NCBI GenBank assembly: GCA_040880625.1
Contig: JBBDIC010000152.1
Location: 9,239-47,176 of the forward strand
DNA length: 37,938 nt
Direction: 5' to 3'
From: Dehalococcoidia bacterium
Lineage (GTDB): Bacteria; Chloroflexota; Dehalococcoidia; UBA2979
Under the pieces are notes generated by a model, which ran no database searches, had not been told where the DNA came from, and saw only the letters and a program-made list of their open reading frames with translations. Numbering within the stretch: the stretch's first letter is position 1; each line of letters opens with the position of its first letter. The position numbers were made by a program, and so were the translations under genes. Shown here piece by piece: positions 15,575 through 23,758 of the stretch.

Positions 15575-16204
15575 CTATCCGGCGCTGGTCATTACCCAGA
15601 ACCGTCGTTCGAACGTCATGACACGCCGAAAGGCCCGTTGTGCGTCGGTGTGCTCGACGACCGCCGCTCCCCGGAGCGCTTCGTTTGCAGCACGGTGGAG
15701 CGCGCTGACGTACCCGCGGAAACCATCGTTGGACCAGTGCTCGACAAACTCGCGATACGGTGCGGCACCTGGGCGCGCCGCGCTCCACGCGTCGAGGTAA
15801 CTGCGCTCGACGGCCCAGACGGCCGTCAGCGCCACGGAGGGAGCAACGAAGGCAAGCGTCTGCAGATAGTCAGTGAACGCCAGGCAGTCATCGACCGGTT
15901 CGTCAGCAAGGTCGAGTCCGAGGTGGGTGGCGCGGTGAGCGAGCCAGTCCAGCTCCTCCTGGAGTGCAACGACACCGTTCAGGAGCGTGCGCCGCGCCTC
16001 GCCCGTGACCAGCGGGATCACCCGCGACTGCGCCTGATACAGGCCGTCGATGAAGTGCCGGTCCTGCACGAGCCAGCGCTGGAACGACCTCTCGGGGAGC
16101 GTGCCGTCGCGCGCGCCCGTGATGAACGAGGCGTTGGAGGTCGCCTCGTCCCACTCGGCCCGATGGTGCTCGACGAGCTGCTCGACGTCAGCCAGACGTT
16201 CCAT
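15575..16204 (-). CDS. TenA/THI-4/PqqC-family protein (second, divergent TenA paralog)
   Basis: The protein is 209 aa and reads ...FITGARDGTLPERSFQRWLVQDRHFIDGL...AVWAVERSYLDAW...FERRFW. Its ATG at 16204 lies 1 nt after the upstream tenA TGA. Confidence 0.75.
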   Translation of the reverse strand: MERLADVEQLVEHHRAEWDEATSNASFITGARDGTLPERSFQRWLVQDRHFIDGLYQAQSRVIPLVTGEARRTLLNGVVALQEELDWLAHRATHLGLDLADEPVDDCLAFTDYLQTLAFVAPSVALTAVWAVERSYLDAWSAARPGAAPYREFVEHWSNDGFRGYVSALHRAANEALRGAAVVEHTDAQRAFRRVMTFERRFWVMTSAG

Positions 16205-16205
16205 G

Positions 16206-16850
16206 TCAGTCGCCAACGGCCTGCCCCTTCCACGCCGCATCAAAGAACCAGTACTCCAACTCCATCGCGCGGTGGTAGGACTCACGCTCGGCACCGCCGG
16301 CAGGGTCTGCGTCTGCGTACCGATCCAGCAGCGCTTCAATGAGTGACGCCAGCTCCTCAAACTCCTCGGCGGCGTACGTCTGTACCCAGTCGCGGTACGG
16401 CTCCGCCACCTCGCCCACGGCGAGGCGGCGCCCGAGGTACGCATACAGGCGCATGCACGGGGTCATGGCCGCGAGGGTCTCGCCGATGGTGGCACCATTT
16501 CGGACGCGGTCCTCGAGGAAGTCCGTATAGGCAAGGGTGGCGGCGGCAGGCTCGACGTGGTCGAGGTCGATCTCGAGTTCGCCGGCGACACGTCGGTGGA
16601 GCTCGATCTCCTCGAAGACCCCACGGAGCAAGCGATAGAAGGCGTAGAGGCCATCCCGGTCGGGCGCCATCGCGAGGCAGTAGGCGTAGCTGCGCGCGAA
16701 GACTTCGAGGAAGAACGCATCCTGCGCGATGAAGTCACGGTATCGGTCCGCCGGCAGTGTCCCATCGGCAATGCCTCGGAGGAACGGGTGTGCAAGGCAG
16801 CGCGACGCCACCTCATCCGCCTCGCTCCAGAGCATCGCCGAGAGACTCAC
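16206..16850 (-). CDS. tenA: Thiaminase II / aminopyrimidine aminohydrolase (TenA family)
   Basis: LAHPFLRGIADGTLPADRYRDFIAQDAFFLEVFARSYAYCL...ELEYWFFDAAW. The GTG start overlaps the upstream stop (GTGA at 16847-16850). Confidence 0.85.
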   Translation of the reverse strand: MSLSAMLWSEADEVASRCLAHPFLRGIADGTLPADRYRDFIAQDAFFLEVFARSYAYCLAMAPDRDGLYAFYRLLRGVFEEIELHRRVAGELEIDLDHVEPAAATLAYTDFLEDRVRNGATIGETLAAMTPCMRLYAYLGRRLAVGEVAEPYRDWVQTYAAEEFEELASLIEALLDRYADADPAGGAERESYHRAMELEYWFFDAAWKGQAVGD

Positions 16851-17482
16851 GGCTCCACCTCTTCGTGTGAGCCCTGCTCGATCGCCGCCAGGTAGGCAAC
16901 CACCGCGCCGGCCGGGTCCCGAGCACCGAGGACACCCGAGACCACCGCAACCCCGGTCGCCCCCGCCTCGAGGCAGCGAGCAACGCGCTGAGGGGTGATA
17001 CCTCCGATCGCGATCACCGGGACCCGGGCCGCTTCACAGACGGCACGGAGGGCCTCCGTACCCGTCTTCGTGCCTGCCTTGGAGCCAGGCACGAAGACGG
17101 ACCCGAAGACGGCAGCATTGACGCCCGCCTGCTCGGCTCGATGCAAGGCGTCCACGTCGTGTACGGCGGAGGACTGCCAGCGGGGTTCGGGCGGAAGGTG
17201 GTCTGGAAGGGCGGCTTCGGGCCAGTGCACGCCCTGATAGCCCAGGCCCGCAGCAACGTCCGCCGAGCCGTTCAGGATGAGGACGCTTCGAGGGAGACGC
17301 GCCCGCACCGTCCGCGCCAGGGCCTCTAACTGGCCCTCGTCCAGCGTCTTCGCCCGGAGCTGGACGGCCACTCTCGGATCCGTCGCGACCGGCGCGAGCG
17401 CCTCAAGGGCGTCCAGCAACTGCACCTCGGTACCCGCGTAGCCGAGGTCAGCGACGACGATGAGCCGAGGTGCGCCGATCAC
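16847..17482 (-). CDS. ThiE/TenI-family protein (second copy; thiazole tautomerase TenI-like or thiamine-phosphate synthase paralog)
   Basis: TIM-barrel ThiE-like sequence ([12 protein letters not shown]...[21 protein letters not shown]...[11 protein letters not shown]...[11 protein letters not shown]...GVAVVSGV). The start was trimmed to the GTG at 17482, which overlaps the thiG TGA. The 400-aa track ORF is an artefactual extension through thiG. A canonical thiE exists at 18645-19301. Confidence 0.75.
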   Translation of the reverse strand: MIGAPRLIVVADLGYAGTEVQLLDALEALAPVATDPRVAVQLRAKTLDEGQLEALARTVRARLPRSVLILNGSADVAAGLGYQGVHWPEAALPDHLPPEPRWQSSAVHDVDALHRAEQAGVNAAVFGSVFVPGSKAGTKTGTEALRAVCEAARVPVIAIGGITPQRVARCLEAGATGVAVVSGVLGARDPAGAVVAYLAAIEQGSHEEVEP

Positions 17483-18339
17483 GGCCACGCCGCATTCCGG
17501 GCCCCGATACGCCCCTCCATCGGTGACGAGGGGTCGGCATAGAAGCGCTTCGGCATGCGCCCCGCGAGGAAGGCCTCGCGGCCTGCGACCGCCGCGTGCC
17601 GGACCGCGCGCGCCATGCGCACGGGGTCTCGCGCCTGCGCCACGGCCGTGTTCAGCAACACCGCGTCGCAGCCCAGCTCGAAGGCCTGCGTGATGTCCGA
17701 CGCCGTACCGATCCCGGCGTCCACGATCACGGGGATGGATACCAGGGAGCGGATCAGCTCGAAGTTGTGGGGGTTGCGGATGCCGAGTCCGGAACCGATG
17801 GGTGCCGCCAGCGGCATCACCGCGACGCATCCGACATCCTGAAGCCGGCGCGCGATGACGGGGTCGTCGTTCGTGTAGGGAAGCACGTGGAAGCCCCGCT
17901 GGACGAGTGCGGCGGCAGCGGTCACCGTCTCGATCGGATCGGGGAGGAGCGTCTCTTCGTCGGCGATGACTTCGAGCTTCAGCAGGCTCGTGCCCAACGC
18001 CTCGCGGGCGAGCTCCGCCGTCAGAACCGCTTCCTGTGCGGTGAAGCAACCGGCGGTGTTGGGAAGCACCTGGTACCCGTGGTCAGTGAGCAACTCGTAT
18101 AGGTTCTCCCCATCGCGGGAGCGCAGGTCGACGCGACGGACCGCCATCGTGACCAGCTCCGTCCCTGAGGCGGCCAGCGCGTCGAGCATCGTCTGAGTGC
18201 TCGGGTAGCGTGCGGAGCCGAGGATGACCCGAGAGCTGAACTCAACCTCACCGAGCTTCCAGGTGTCGTCATCGGGCGCGGAGGGAGGTGCGCCAGTCGT
18301 CGTGGCAGGCGTGTCGGGCTCGTTCCCCGGGTTCGTCAT
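17479..18339 (-). CDS. thiG: Thiazole synthase
   Basis: [21 protein letters not shown]...LKLEVI...LLPDPIETV...[12 protein letters not shown]...[18 protein letters not shown]...[13 protein letters not shown]. The ATG at 18339 lies 1 nt after the thiS TGA, with AAGGAGG inside the thiS end. Confidence 0.95.
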   Translation of the reverse strand: MTNPGNEPDTPATTTGAPPSAPDDDTWKLGEVEFSSRVILGSARYPSTQTMLDALAASGTELVTMAVRRVDLRSRDGENLYELLTDHGYQVLPNTAGCFTAQEAVLTAELAREALGTSLLKLEVIADEETLLPDPIETVTAAAALVQRGFHVLPYTNDDPVIARRLQDVGCVAVMPLAAPIGSGLGIRNPHNFELIRSLVSIPVIVDAGIGTASDITQAFELGCDAVLLNTAVAQARDPVRMARAVRHAAVAGREAFLAGRMPKRFYADPSSPMEGRIGARNAAWP

Positions 18340-18340
18340 G

Positions 18341-18562
18341 TCAGCCTCCTTGGATGGGACGGACGATCTCGACCTCGTCGCCCGGCTCCACGTGAGTCGT
18401 CGCCCAGTCTGAGCGATGGACCACCTCGCCGTTCCTTGCCACCGCAACACCGCGTCCGAGGGCGGGGCTCACGAGGTCGTCGACGCTCGTGCCGGACCCG
18501 AGTTCACGCGGCTCGCCGTTCACGGTCACTCTGACCGTTGCCTGGATCCTGTCGCCAGTCAC
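18341..18562 (-). CDS. thiS: Sulfur-carrier protein ThiS
   Basis: The protein is 73 aa and ends in the diagnostic ...[10 protein letters not shown]. The core reads [10 protein letters not shown]...[10 protein letters not shown]. The GTG start at 18562 is preceded by GGAGG at 7-nt spacing. Confidence 0.8.
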   Translation of the reverse strand: MTGDRIQATVRVTVNGEPRELGSGTSVDDLVSPALGRGVAVARNGEVVHRSDWATTHVEPGDEVEIVRPIQGG

Positions 18563-18644
18563 ACGGGGGCCTCCGGCCCTCTCGTCGTCGCAACAACGAT
18601 GATGCCTCCGGCCACCACACAGACGCCGGCCCCCTGTAGCGTTC

Positions 18645-19301
18645 TCATCGAGCCCGCCCGGCCAACAAAGACTCGATCGCATCCATGCATTCGCGGGCCG
18701 CGGCCTCGATGTCGTCAGCGGCGACGACGGCCGACACGACGGCGATGCCGTGGGCGCCGGCCGCCAGCACCTCCGGGATACGCTCGGCCGTGATGCTGCC
18801 GATGGCGACGACCGGCACCGGACATGCGGCGCAGATGCGGGCGAGCGTCTCCAGCCCCATGTCAGGAGCGGGGTTCCGCTTCGTCCGGGTGCCGTAGATC
18901 GGGCCGACGCCCAGGTAGTCGATGTCCGACTGCCACACGCGCTCCGCCTCCTCGAACGAGTTGGCCGTGCCACCGATCGTCGCGTCGGGGCCGAGGATCG
19001 CGCGAGCCGTGGCGACGTCGAGGTCGTGACGTCCGAGATGGACGGCCCCTGCGCCGACGCTGCGCGCCACGTCGACGCGGTCGTCGACGATCAACAGGGC
19101 GTCGTGTTTCTCGGCTTCTTCGAGGATCTGGGCGGCCACGTCGATCCATTGCCGCGTGGTCCACGGGCGCTTCTCGCGGAACTGCACGGCGTCGGCGCCA
19201 CCGCGGAACGCCAGTCGCGCGATCTCGAGGTGCGAGTGGCGATCCTGGATCTCTTCGTCGGTGATGACCTGCAGGCGGGGAATCAACCGTCGTGCGCTCA
19301 T
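18645..19301 (-). CDS. thiE: Thiamine-phosphate synthase
   Basis: LQVITDEE...GADAVQFREK...LIVDDRVDVA...GAGAVHLGRHD...IGGTANS...DYLGVGPIYGTRTK...PVVAIGSI...HGIAVVSAV. The ATG at 19301 overlaps the thiD TGA (ATGA). Confidence 0.9.
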   Translation of the reverse strand: MSARRLIPRLQVITDEEIQDRHSHLEIARLAFRGGADAVQFREKRPWTTRQWIDVAAQILEEAEKHDALLIVDDRVDVARSVGAGAVHLGRHDLDVATARAILGPDATIGGTANSFEEAERVWQSDIDYLGVGPIYGTRTKRNPAPDMGLETLARICAACPVPVVAIGSITAERIPEVLAAGAHGIAVVSAVVAADDIEAAARECMDAIESLLAGRAR

Positions 19302-20107
19302 CGGGCGCCCCCTCGGAATGCGAAGAAATGGTCGGTCGGACCAGCACCGGCCCCGAGTGGCAGGCCGTGCCGGATCGCCTCGGTCAGGTAGCGCTTCGCG
19401 GCGCGGACCGCCTCCGGGAGGTCGTCGCCTGAGGCAAGTTGGGTGGCGATCGCCGCGGAGAAGGTGCAACCGGTACCGTGCGTGTTGCGGCTCTCGATCC
19501 ACTCGCCGTCGATCACCTCGGCACCATCCGCGGTCACCAGCACGTCCGTCCCCGGACGCTCCTTGAGATGCCCTCCCTTCACGATGACAGCGCGGGGGCC
19601 GCACTCCAGGATCCGACGCCCGGCCTCCGCAGCATCAGCCAGGGTCTTGATCTGCATGCCTGCCAGCAGCTGAGCCTCGTGGATGTTCGGGGTGACGAGC
19701 AGGGCCAGGGGCAGGAGCCGCCTGCGGAGGGCCTCGATCGCGTCATCGGTGAGGAGCGTGAAGCTGGACTTCGAGATCATGACGGGGTCAAGGACGTAAC
19801 GTGGAGCGCCGTGACGTTCCAGGCAGTCTGCCACGACCTCGACGCGCTCGCGGTCAGCAAGCATGCCGCTCTTCATCGCGTCGACCTTGAAGTCGTCAAA
19901 GAGCGCCGCGAACTGCGCCTCGATGATCTCCCGGGGCAGCGCGAGCGCCGCGGTGACCGCCTGCGTGTTCTGCGCGGTGACCGAGGTGAGGACGGACAGG
20001 CCGTACCCGCCGTTGGCGGAGATGGTCTTGAGGTCAGCCTGTATCCCCGCGCCCGCGCTACTGTCGGAGCCGGCGACGGTCAGTACAACCGGTAGGGTCG
20101 AAGCCAT
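19298..20107 (-). CDS. thiD: Hydroxymethylpyrimidine / phosphomethylpyrimidine kinase
   Basis: [21 protein letters not shown]...[10 protein letters not shown]...AMKSGML...VLDPVM...LVTPNIHEA...VIVKGGHL...[12 protein letters not shown]. The start was trimmed to the ATG at 20107, preceded by GTGGGGGCATC. Confidence 0.95.
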   Translation of the reverse strand: MASTLPVVLTVAGSDSSAGAGIQADLKTISANGGYGLSVLTSVTAQNTQAVTAALALPREIIEAQFAALFDDFKVDAMKSGMLADRERVEVVADCLERHGAPRYVLDPVMISKSSFTLLTDDAIEALRRRLLPLALLVTPNIHEAQLLAGMQIKTLADAAEAGRRILECGPRAVIVKGGHLKERPGTDVLVTADGAEVIDGEWIESRNTHGTGCTFSAAIATQLASGDDLPEAVRAAKRYLTEAIRHGLPLGAGAGPTDHFFAFRGGAR

Positions 20108-20214
20108 GATGCCCCCACGGTCCCGCACCTGATGCGAGCACACGAGGCCGATGGCCAACGTCCTTAGTCGGGCTCAATCCGATGGGGGATGGTGTGAATC
20201 TGGGCGGAGTCTCG

Positions 20215-20310
20215 CCGCAGTGCACATCCCTCCGCCGGCATTACCCGGATCAGGTGTACGGGTGTCATCTCAGGCCGGACCACGTCCGACCACCCCGTGT
20301 GCTAACTGCA
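20215..20310 (-). promoter_or_regulatory. TPP (THI-box) riboswitch upstream of thiD
   Basis: The minus strand reads CACACGGGGTGGTCGGACGTGGTCCGGCCTGAGATGACACCCGTACACCTGATCCGGGTAATGCCGGCGGAGGGATGTG. This contains the universal CUGAGA, ACCUGAUC.GG.UAAU.CC.GCG and AGGGA elements. A 113-nt leader to thiD lacks an obvious U-tract terminator. A CCCCCA run in the leader could pair with the GGGGG Shine-Dalgarno. Confidence 0.9.
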
Positions 20311-20335
20311 TGTATAGCAGATCGCGAGCAGTGGG

Positions 20336-20983
20336 TCAGTTTGGGCGAGGAGCAAGCTCGGTGTCCGCCCTTGTCAATCGGATGTCGACCTCCCGCTCGA
20401 CGTAGGACCATTCCTCTGTCGTCCGTAGGCGGCCTACCAACTCCTCGAACGCTGCGGCGTCTCGCGGCGCGTATTCGAACCAGGTGAGGAAGTCGAACGG
20501 CTCCCCAAGATCCCGACCGTGGTGCAGACGGCGGGCGACGGCGGGAAGGTACGCGAGGCTTGTGGCGACGTGCTTCGAGCGCTCTTCGAAGATCGCGCGC
20601 CGTTCGTCCTGGGACAGCGCCCACCAGGTATCTACCTTGCGGATAGGGATGAGTGCCGCCTCGGTCGCCTCCGGTCGTCCGAGTTCGGGCTGGCGGGCAG
20701 TCAGTGCCTCGTGCTCCGCCGAGGTCGTGTACCGCTCGTTGCTCGTCACCCCTCGGAGCACCCAGACGGCCTCCGCGGACCGAGGCACGGGCGCAGCCCC
20801 CTCGAACACGACGAGATGCGGCGCGGCCAGCAAGCCCTCACCGCGCACGGCAGACAGCCTGGTGATTTGCCAGGGACCTGTGGAGCCCCCGACGAACGTG
20901 AACTCGCGTGGGACGGCTCGATGCGGCCCGGGATGCAAGCCCGCGGAGAAGCTTCTCGCTGTCCCGGGTACTTTTTCGGCCAT
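20336..20983 (-). CDS. Chlorite dismutase-family haem protein (short, clade-2-like)
   Basis: WWALSQDERRAIFEERSKHVATSLAYLPAVARRLHHGRDLGEPFDFLTWFEYAP...LRTTEEWSYVERE parallels, as I recall it, the Nitrobacter-type Cld segment (WW...ER...H..TLAYL..VKRKLYHS...DFITYFE). That segment includes the proximal His and the distal Arg. Confidence 0.7.
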   Translation of the reverse strand: MAEKVPGTARSFSAGLHPGPHRAVPREFTFVGGSTGPWQITRLSAVRGEGLLAAPHLVVFEGAAPVPRSAEAVWVLRGVTSNERYTTSAEHEALTARQPELGRPEATEAALIPIRKVDTWWALSQDERRAIFEERSKHVATSLAYLPAVARRLHHGRDLGEPFDFLTWFEYAPRDAAAFEELVGRLRTTEEWSYVEREVDIRLTRADTELAPRPN

Positions 20984-21189
20984 CTACTTCGAATCCTCCC
21001 CGGGAATGGTACCGCCCCGGGCGTCGGTCCCAGCCTGGCCGATTGCGCGAGGACGCTTGAAGCAATCGCCCGCCTCCTGGATGCAAACTGACCCACTACC
21101 AGATCGGGGCACGCGTGGCGCGCAACGTGCACGCCCCGTTCCCTCGCCCGCGACCATCACGGTCGCCCACGGGTGGCTCGTCGTGTCGC

Positions 21190-22341
21190 TTACGAGGTGG
21201 CAGCGGCGGTCGCGAAACGGCCCGGTGCGAACGGTTCCAGGAGCGCGTCGAGGTGCCCATCGCACATCAGGTCGGCGAGCAGCCGTGCTGTGACCGGGGC
21301 GAGTTCCACGCCGTTACGGAAGTGCCCGGTGGCGACGAACAGGCCCGCACCGTCGACGTTCCCGATCGCGGGCAGATGGTCGCGGAGCACCGGCCGGAAC
21401 CCCACGCCGCACTCCGCGAGTTCCAGTTCGACGATGCCCGGCAGCGCCCGTCGCGCCTCGCGCAGCAGGTCATACACGGCGCCCGCGGTGGAGCGTCCGT
21501 CGAACCCCTGATCCTCCATCGACGCGCCGACCACGAGTTCACCGTCTGCGCGCGGAACGATGTAGACATCCGGTGTGCGGATGACGTGCCGCACCAGGCG
21601 CTCGCCGCGCAGACGGAGGATCTGTCCCTTCACGGGGCGCAGCGGCAGCGGCACCAGTGGCAGCCCTGCGATCGGCGACGCGATCTGTCGCGACCACGCC
21701 CCCGCGGCGACCACGACCTGGGGCGCACGCAGCGTCTCGGCCCTGCCCTCGCGATCGACCGTCACCTCGTACTCCGCACCGTCGACATCCAGCGCTACAG
21801 CGGTGACGCGCGCGCCTTCGAGGAGCCTGACGCCTGCACGTTCCAGCGCGACGAAGAGCGCACGTAACAGGCGTCGAGGGTCGACCTGCGCGTCAGGCAT
21901 CCGCAGCGCGCCCACGATCCCTGGCGCCAGATACGGCTCTTCCTCACGGGCCTGTCGCCCCGTCAGGCGCTCTGCGGCGAGGCCGCGGTCCCGCTGGAAC
22001 GCGTGCAGGTGTTCGATCAGCGCGAGGTGGTCGCGGTCCAGTGCGACGAGCAGCGTCCCCGTCGCGTCGTATCCCGTCTCGATCCCGCTCTCACGCGTAA
22101 GCGTCGCAGCCCACGCGGGGTACGCCTCGTGGCTCGCGAGGGCGAGATGCGTCAGGCGAGGGTCGGTGAGGTCGACCTCCGAGGACGGTGCGAGCATCCC
22201 TGCCGCCACGCCCGCCGCCGTGCGCTCGCCGATCCGTGCACCTTCGGCGACGGTGACGCGCTGCCCGCGATGCGCGAGCGCGTGGGCGACGGCGAGGCCG
22301 ACAATGCCACCGCCGATGACGACGGTGTCTGACCGTTCCAT
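21190..22341 (-). CDS. thiO: Glycine oxidase (FAD-dependent)
   Basis: N-terminal FAD fold DTVVIGGGIVGLAVAHALAHRGQRVTVAE and a DAO-family body. It is the first gene behind a TPP riboswitch. A GAGGGA Shine-Dalgarno lies 5 nt before the ATG at 22341. Confidence 0.85.
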   Translation of the reverse strand: MERSDTVVIGGGIVGLAVAHALAHRGQRVTVAEGARIGERTAAGVAAGMLAPSSEVDLTDPRLTHLALASHEAYPAWAATLTRESGIETGYDATGTLLVALDRDHLALIEHLHAFQRDRGLAAERLTGRQAREEEPYLAPGIVGALRMPDAQVDPRRLLRALFVALERAGVRLLEGARVTAVALDVDGAEYEVTVDREGRAETLRAPQVVVAAGAWSRQIASPIAGLPLVPLPLRPVKGQILRLRGERLVRHVIRTPDVYIVPRADGELVVGASMEDQGFDGRSTAGAVYDLLREARRALPGIVELELAECGVGFRPVLRDHLPAIGNVDGAGLFVATGHFRNGVELAPVTARLLADLMCDGHLDALLEPFAPGRFATAAATS

Positions 22342-22494
22342 CAGGTCCCTCGTGCCACGGCCGCGATGCCGGAGGCTGCACCGATGCGCCCGAGCGCCTC
22401 GATACCTGCCACCGGCGTCGGCCCCGACATCGGTGTAGTCGGCACTGCTGTTCTAGACCGACCAGGCCGCCTCTGAGGAGATCGCGGCGGCGTC

Positions 22495-22582
22495 ATTGGA
22501 CATCCCTCCGCCGGTATTGCCCGGATCAGGTGTGCGGGTGTCATCTCAGGCCGGACCATGTCCGACCACCCCGTGTACAGGA
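22495..22582 (-). promoter_or_regulatory. TPP (THI-box) riboswitch upstream of thiO
   Basis: The minus strand reads ACACGGGGTGGTCGGACATGGTCCGGCCTGAGATGACACCCGCACACCTGATCCGGGCAATACCGGCGGAGGGATGTCC. By my alignment it differs from the thiD copy at only 4 positions over about 80 nt. A leader of about 155 nt runs to thiO. Confidence 0.9.
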
Positions 22583-22790
22583 GCAGGGTACAGCAATCCT
22601 CAACGCCGGCAGGCGCACACTCCAGCGTTGTACGCACACCCCCACAGTCAGCGGACAAGTTCCGCTCGGCGGATACAACCTCGGCACCGCGGGCCTCGCT
22701 TCACCCGATCTACCGAACGTTCGCCAACAACCTTCGTTCCCCTACTAGGACGGCATTCGGGCAACCAGTCCGAAATCAGGGAGGAAGCAC

Positions 22791-23525
22791 ATGCTGAATA
22801 CGATTAGTGCGGTGATTGCGGCGAAGAAGACGGTGGCTGCAGGCCTCGCAGCCGCGGTCATCGTTGGCGGCGGTGTGGCCGCCGAAGCGTCGGGCCTGAC
22901 GTCGACCGTGTCGGGACACCTCACGGCCGACTCGCACGTGGCAGCTGACGCCCAGACGGATACGGCACTGGAAACGCTGGCAACGCTCAACGCTGACGCG
23001 CACGCCGACGCCGGTCTTCAGACAGCGGTCAGCGCGATCATGGACGCCCACGCGAATACGGACGCTAACGCTCAGACACACGTGGCAGCCGATGTGGACG
23101 GCTCCGCGTCCACCGGTGAGCAGGTCAGCGCCGAGGCGCGCAGCCGGGTGGGCGCCATGGCGGAGTTCGTCCTCGATCTGCTCGGGATCAACGTCGATGC
23201 ACGCAGCGACACGAGCGCAGACGCGACGGCCGCCATCGACACGGACGCGGACGTCAAGTCGACGCCGGGTCTTGAGGCGGCCATCGAGGCTGTGGTCAGC
23301 GCGGATGTCAGCGAGCAGGCCGAGGCGGGAATCTCGACCGCCCTCGACGCCATCGGTGATGCACCGACGGGCGTGCAGGCTCAGGTCGACGGCCTGTCGG
23401 TCGCGGTCGGCGCGAATGCAGCGGCCGACGGGGATCTGGACGCCTCCAGCCCCTCGGGCGTAGCCGCTGGTGGATCGGCGCACGGTTCTGGCACGCTCGG
23501 CATCGGGCTCGCGATCGGGCAGTAA
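22791..23525 (+). CDS. Ala/Asp/Thr-rich low-complexity protein with N-terminal signal/anchor helix
   Basis: GGGAGGAAGCAC precedes the ATG. The N-terminus is hydrophobic (ISAVIAAKKTVAAGLAAAVIVGGGVAAEA). The acidic body is low-complexity (ADAQTDT, ADAHADA, DAHANTDANAQTH, DTSADATAAIDTDADV...). A strong terminator follows. I recognise no family. Confidence 0.65.
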   Translation: MLNTISAVIAAKKTVAAGLAAAVIVGGGVAAEASGLTSTVSGHLTADSHVAADAQTDTALETLATLNADAHADAGLQTAVSAIMDAHANTDANAQTHVAADVDGSASTGEQVSAEARSRVGAMAEFVLDLLGINVDARSDTSADATAAIDTDADVKSTPGLEAAIEAVVSADVSEQAEAGISTALDAIGDAPTGVQAQVDGLSVAVGANAAADGDLDASSPSGVAAGGSAHGSGTLGIGLAIGQ

Positions 23526-23547
23526 CGCTCCCCTCCCAGGGGATACA

Positions 23548-23595
23548 GGGCGGCCCGTGGGTCTCACCAGCTACCCACGGGCCGCCCTGTTTGTT
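23548..23595 (+). terminator. Rho-independent terminator
   Basis: GGGCGGCCCGTGGGT (23548-23562) pairs perfectly over 15 bp with ACCCACGGGCCGCCC (23573-23587). The loop is 10 nt, and TGTTTGTT follows. Confidence 0.85.
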
Positions 23596-23758
23596 CGTCC
23601 CTTCTGATCGCTGAGTCGCCAGTGCGCGGGCCGGCTTGCGGCTCATGCAGATCAGGCACGACTTCCCGGAGCAACGAGAATGCGCCATAGATCAGCGATC
23701 GCAGACGGCCCCCTTGACTGCCCTCTTCACCGATCGGTCGACGAACCGGCCTCCGAAG

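Noticed and set aside
16847-18049. The 400-aa version of the ThiE/TenI-like ORF, and the similarly long N-terminal extensions of the thiG, thiS, thiE, thiD, tenA2, transporter, cobQ, cobD and ABC-ATPase track ORFs.
   Set aside because: The extensions overlap the upstream gene in another frame and are Arg/Gly/Pro-rich. Internal starts with a Shine-Dalgarno or ATGA/GTGA stop-start overlaps give proteins of canonical length.
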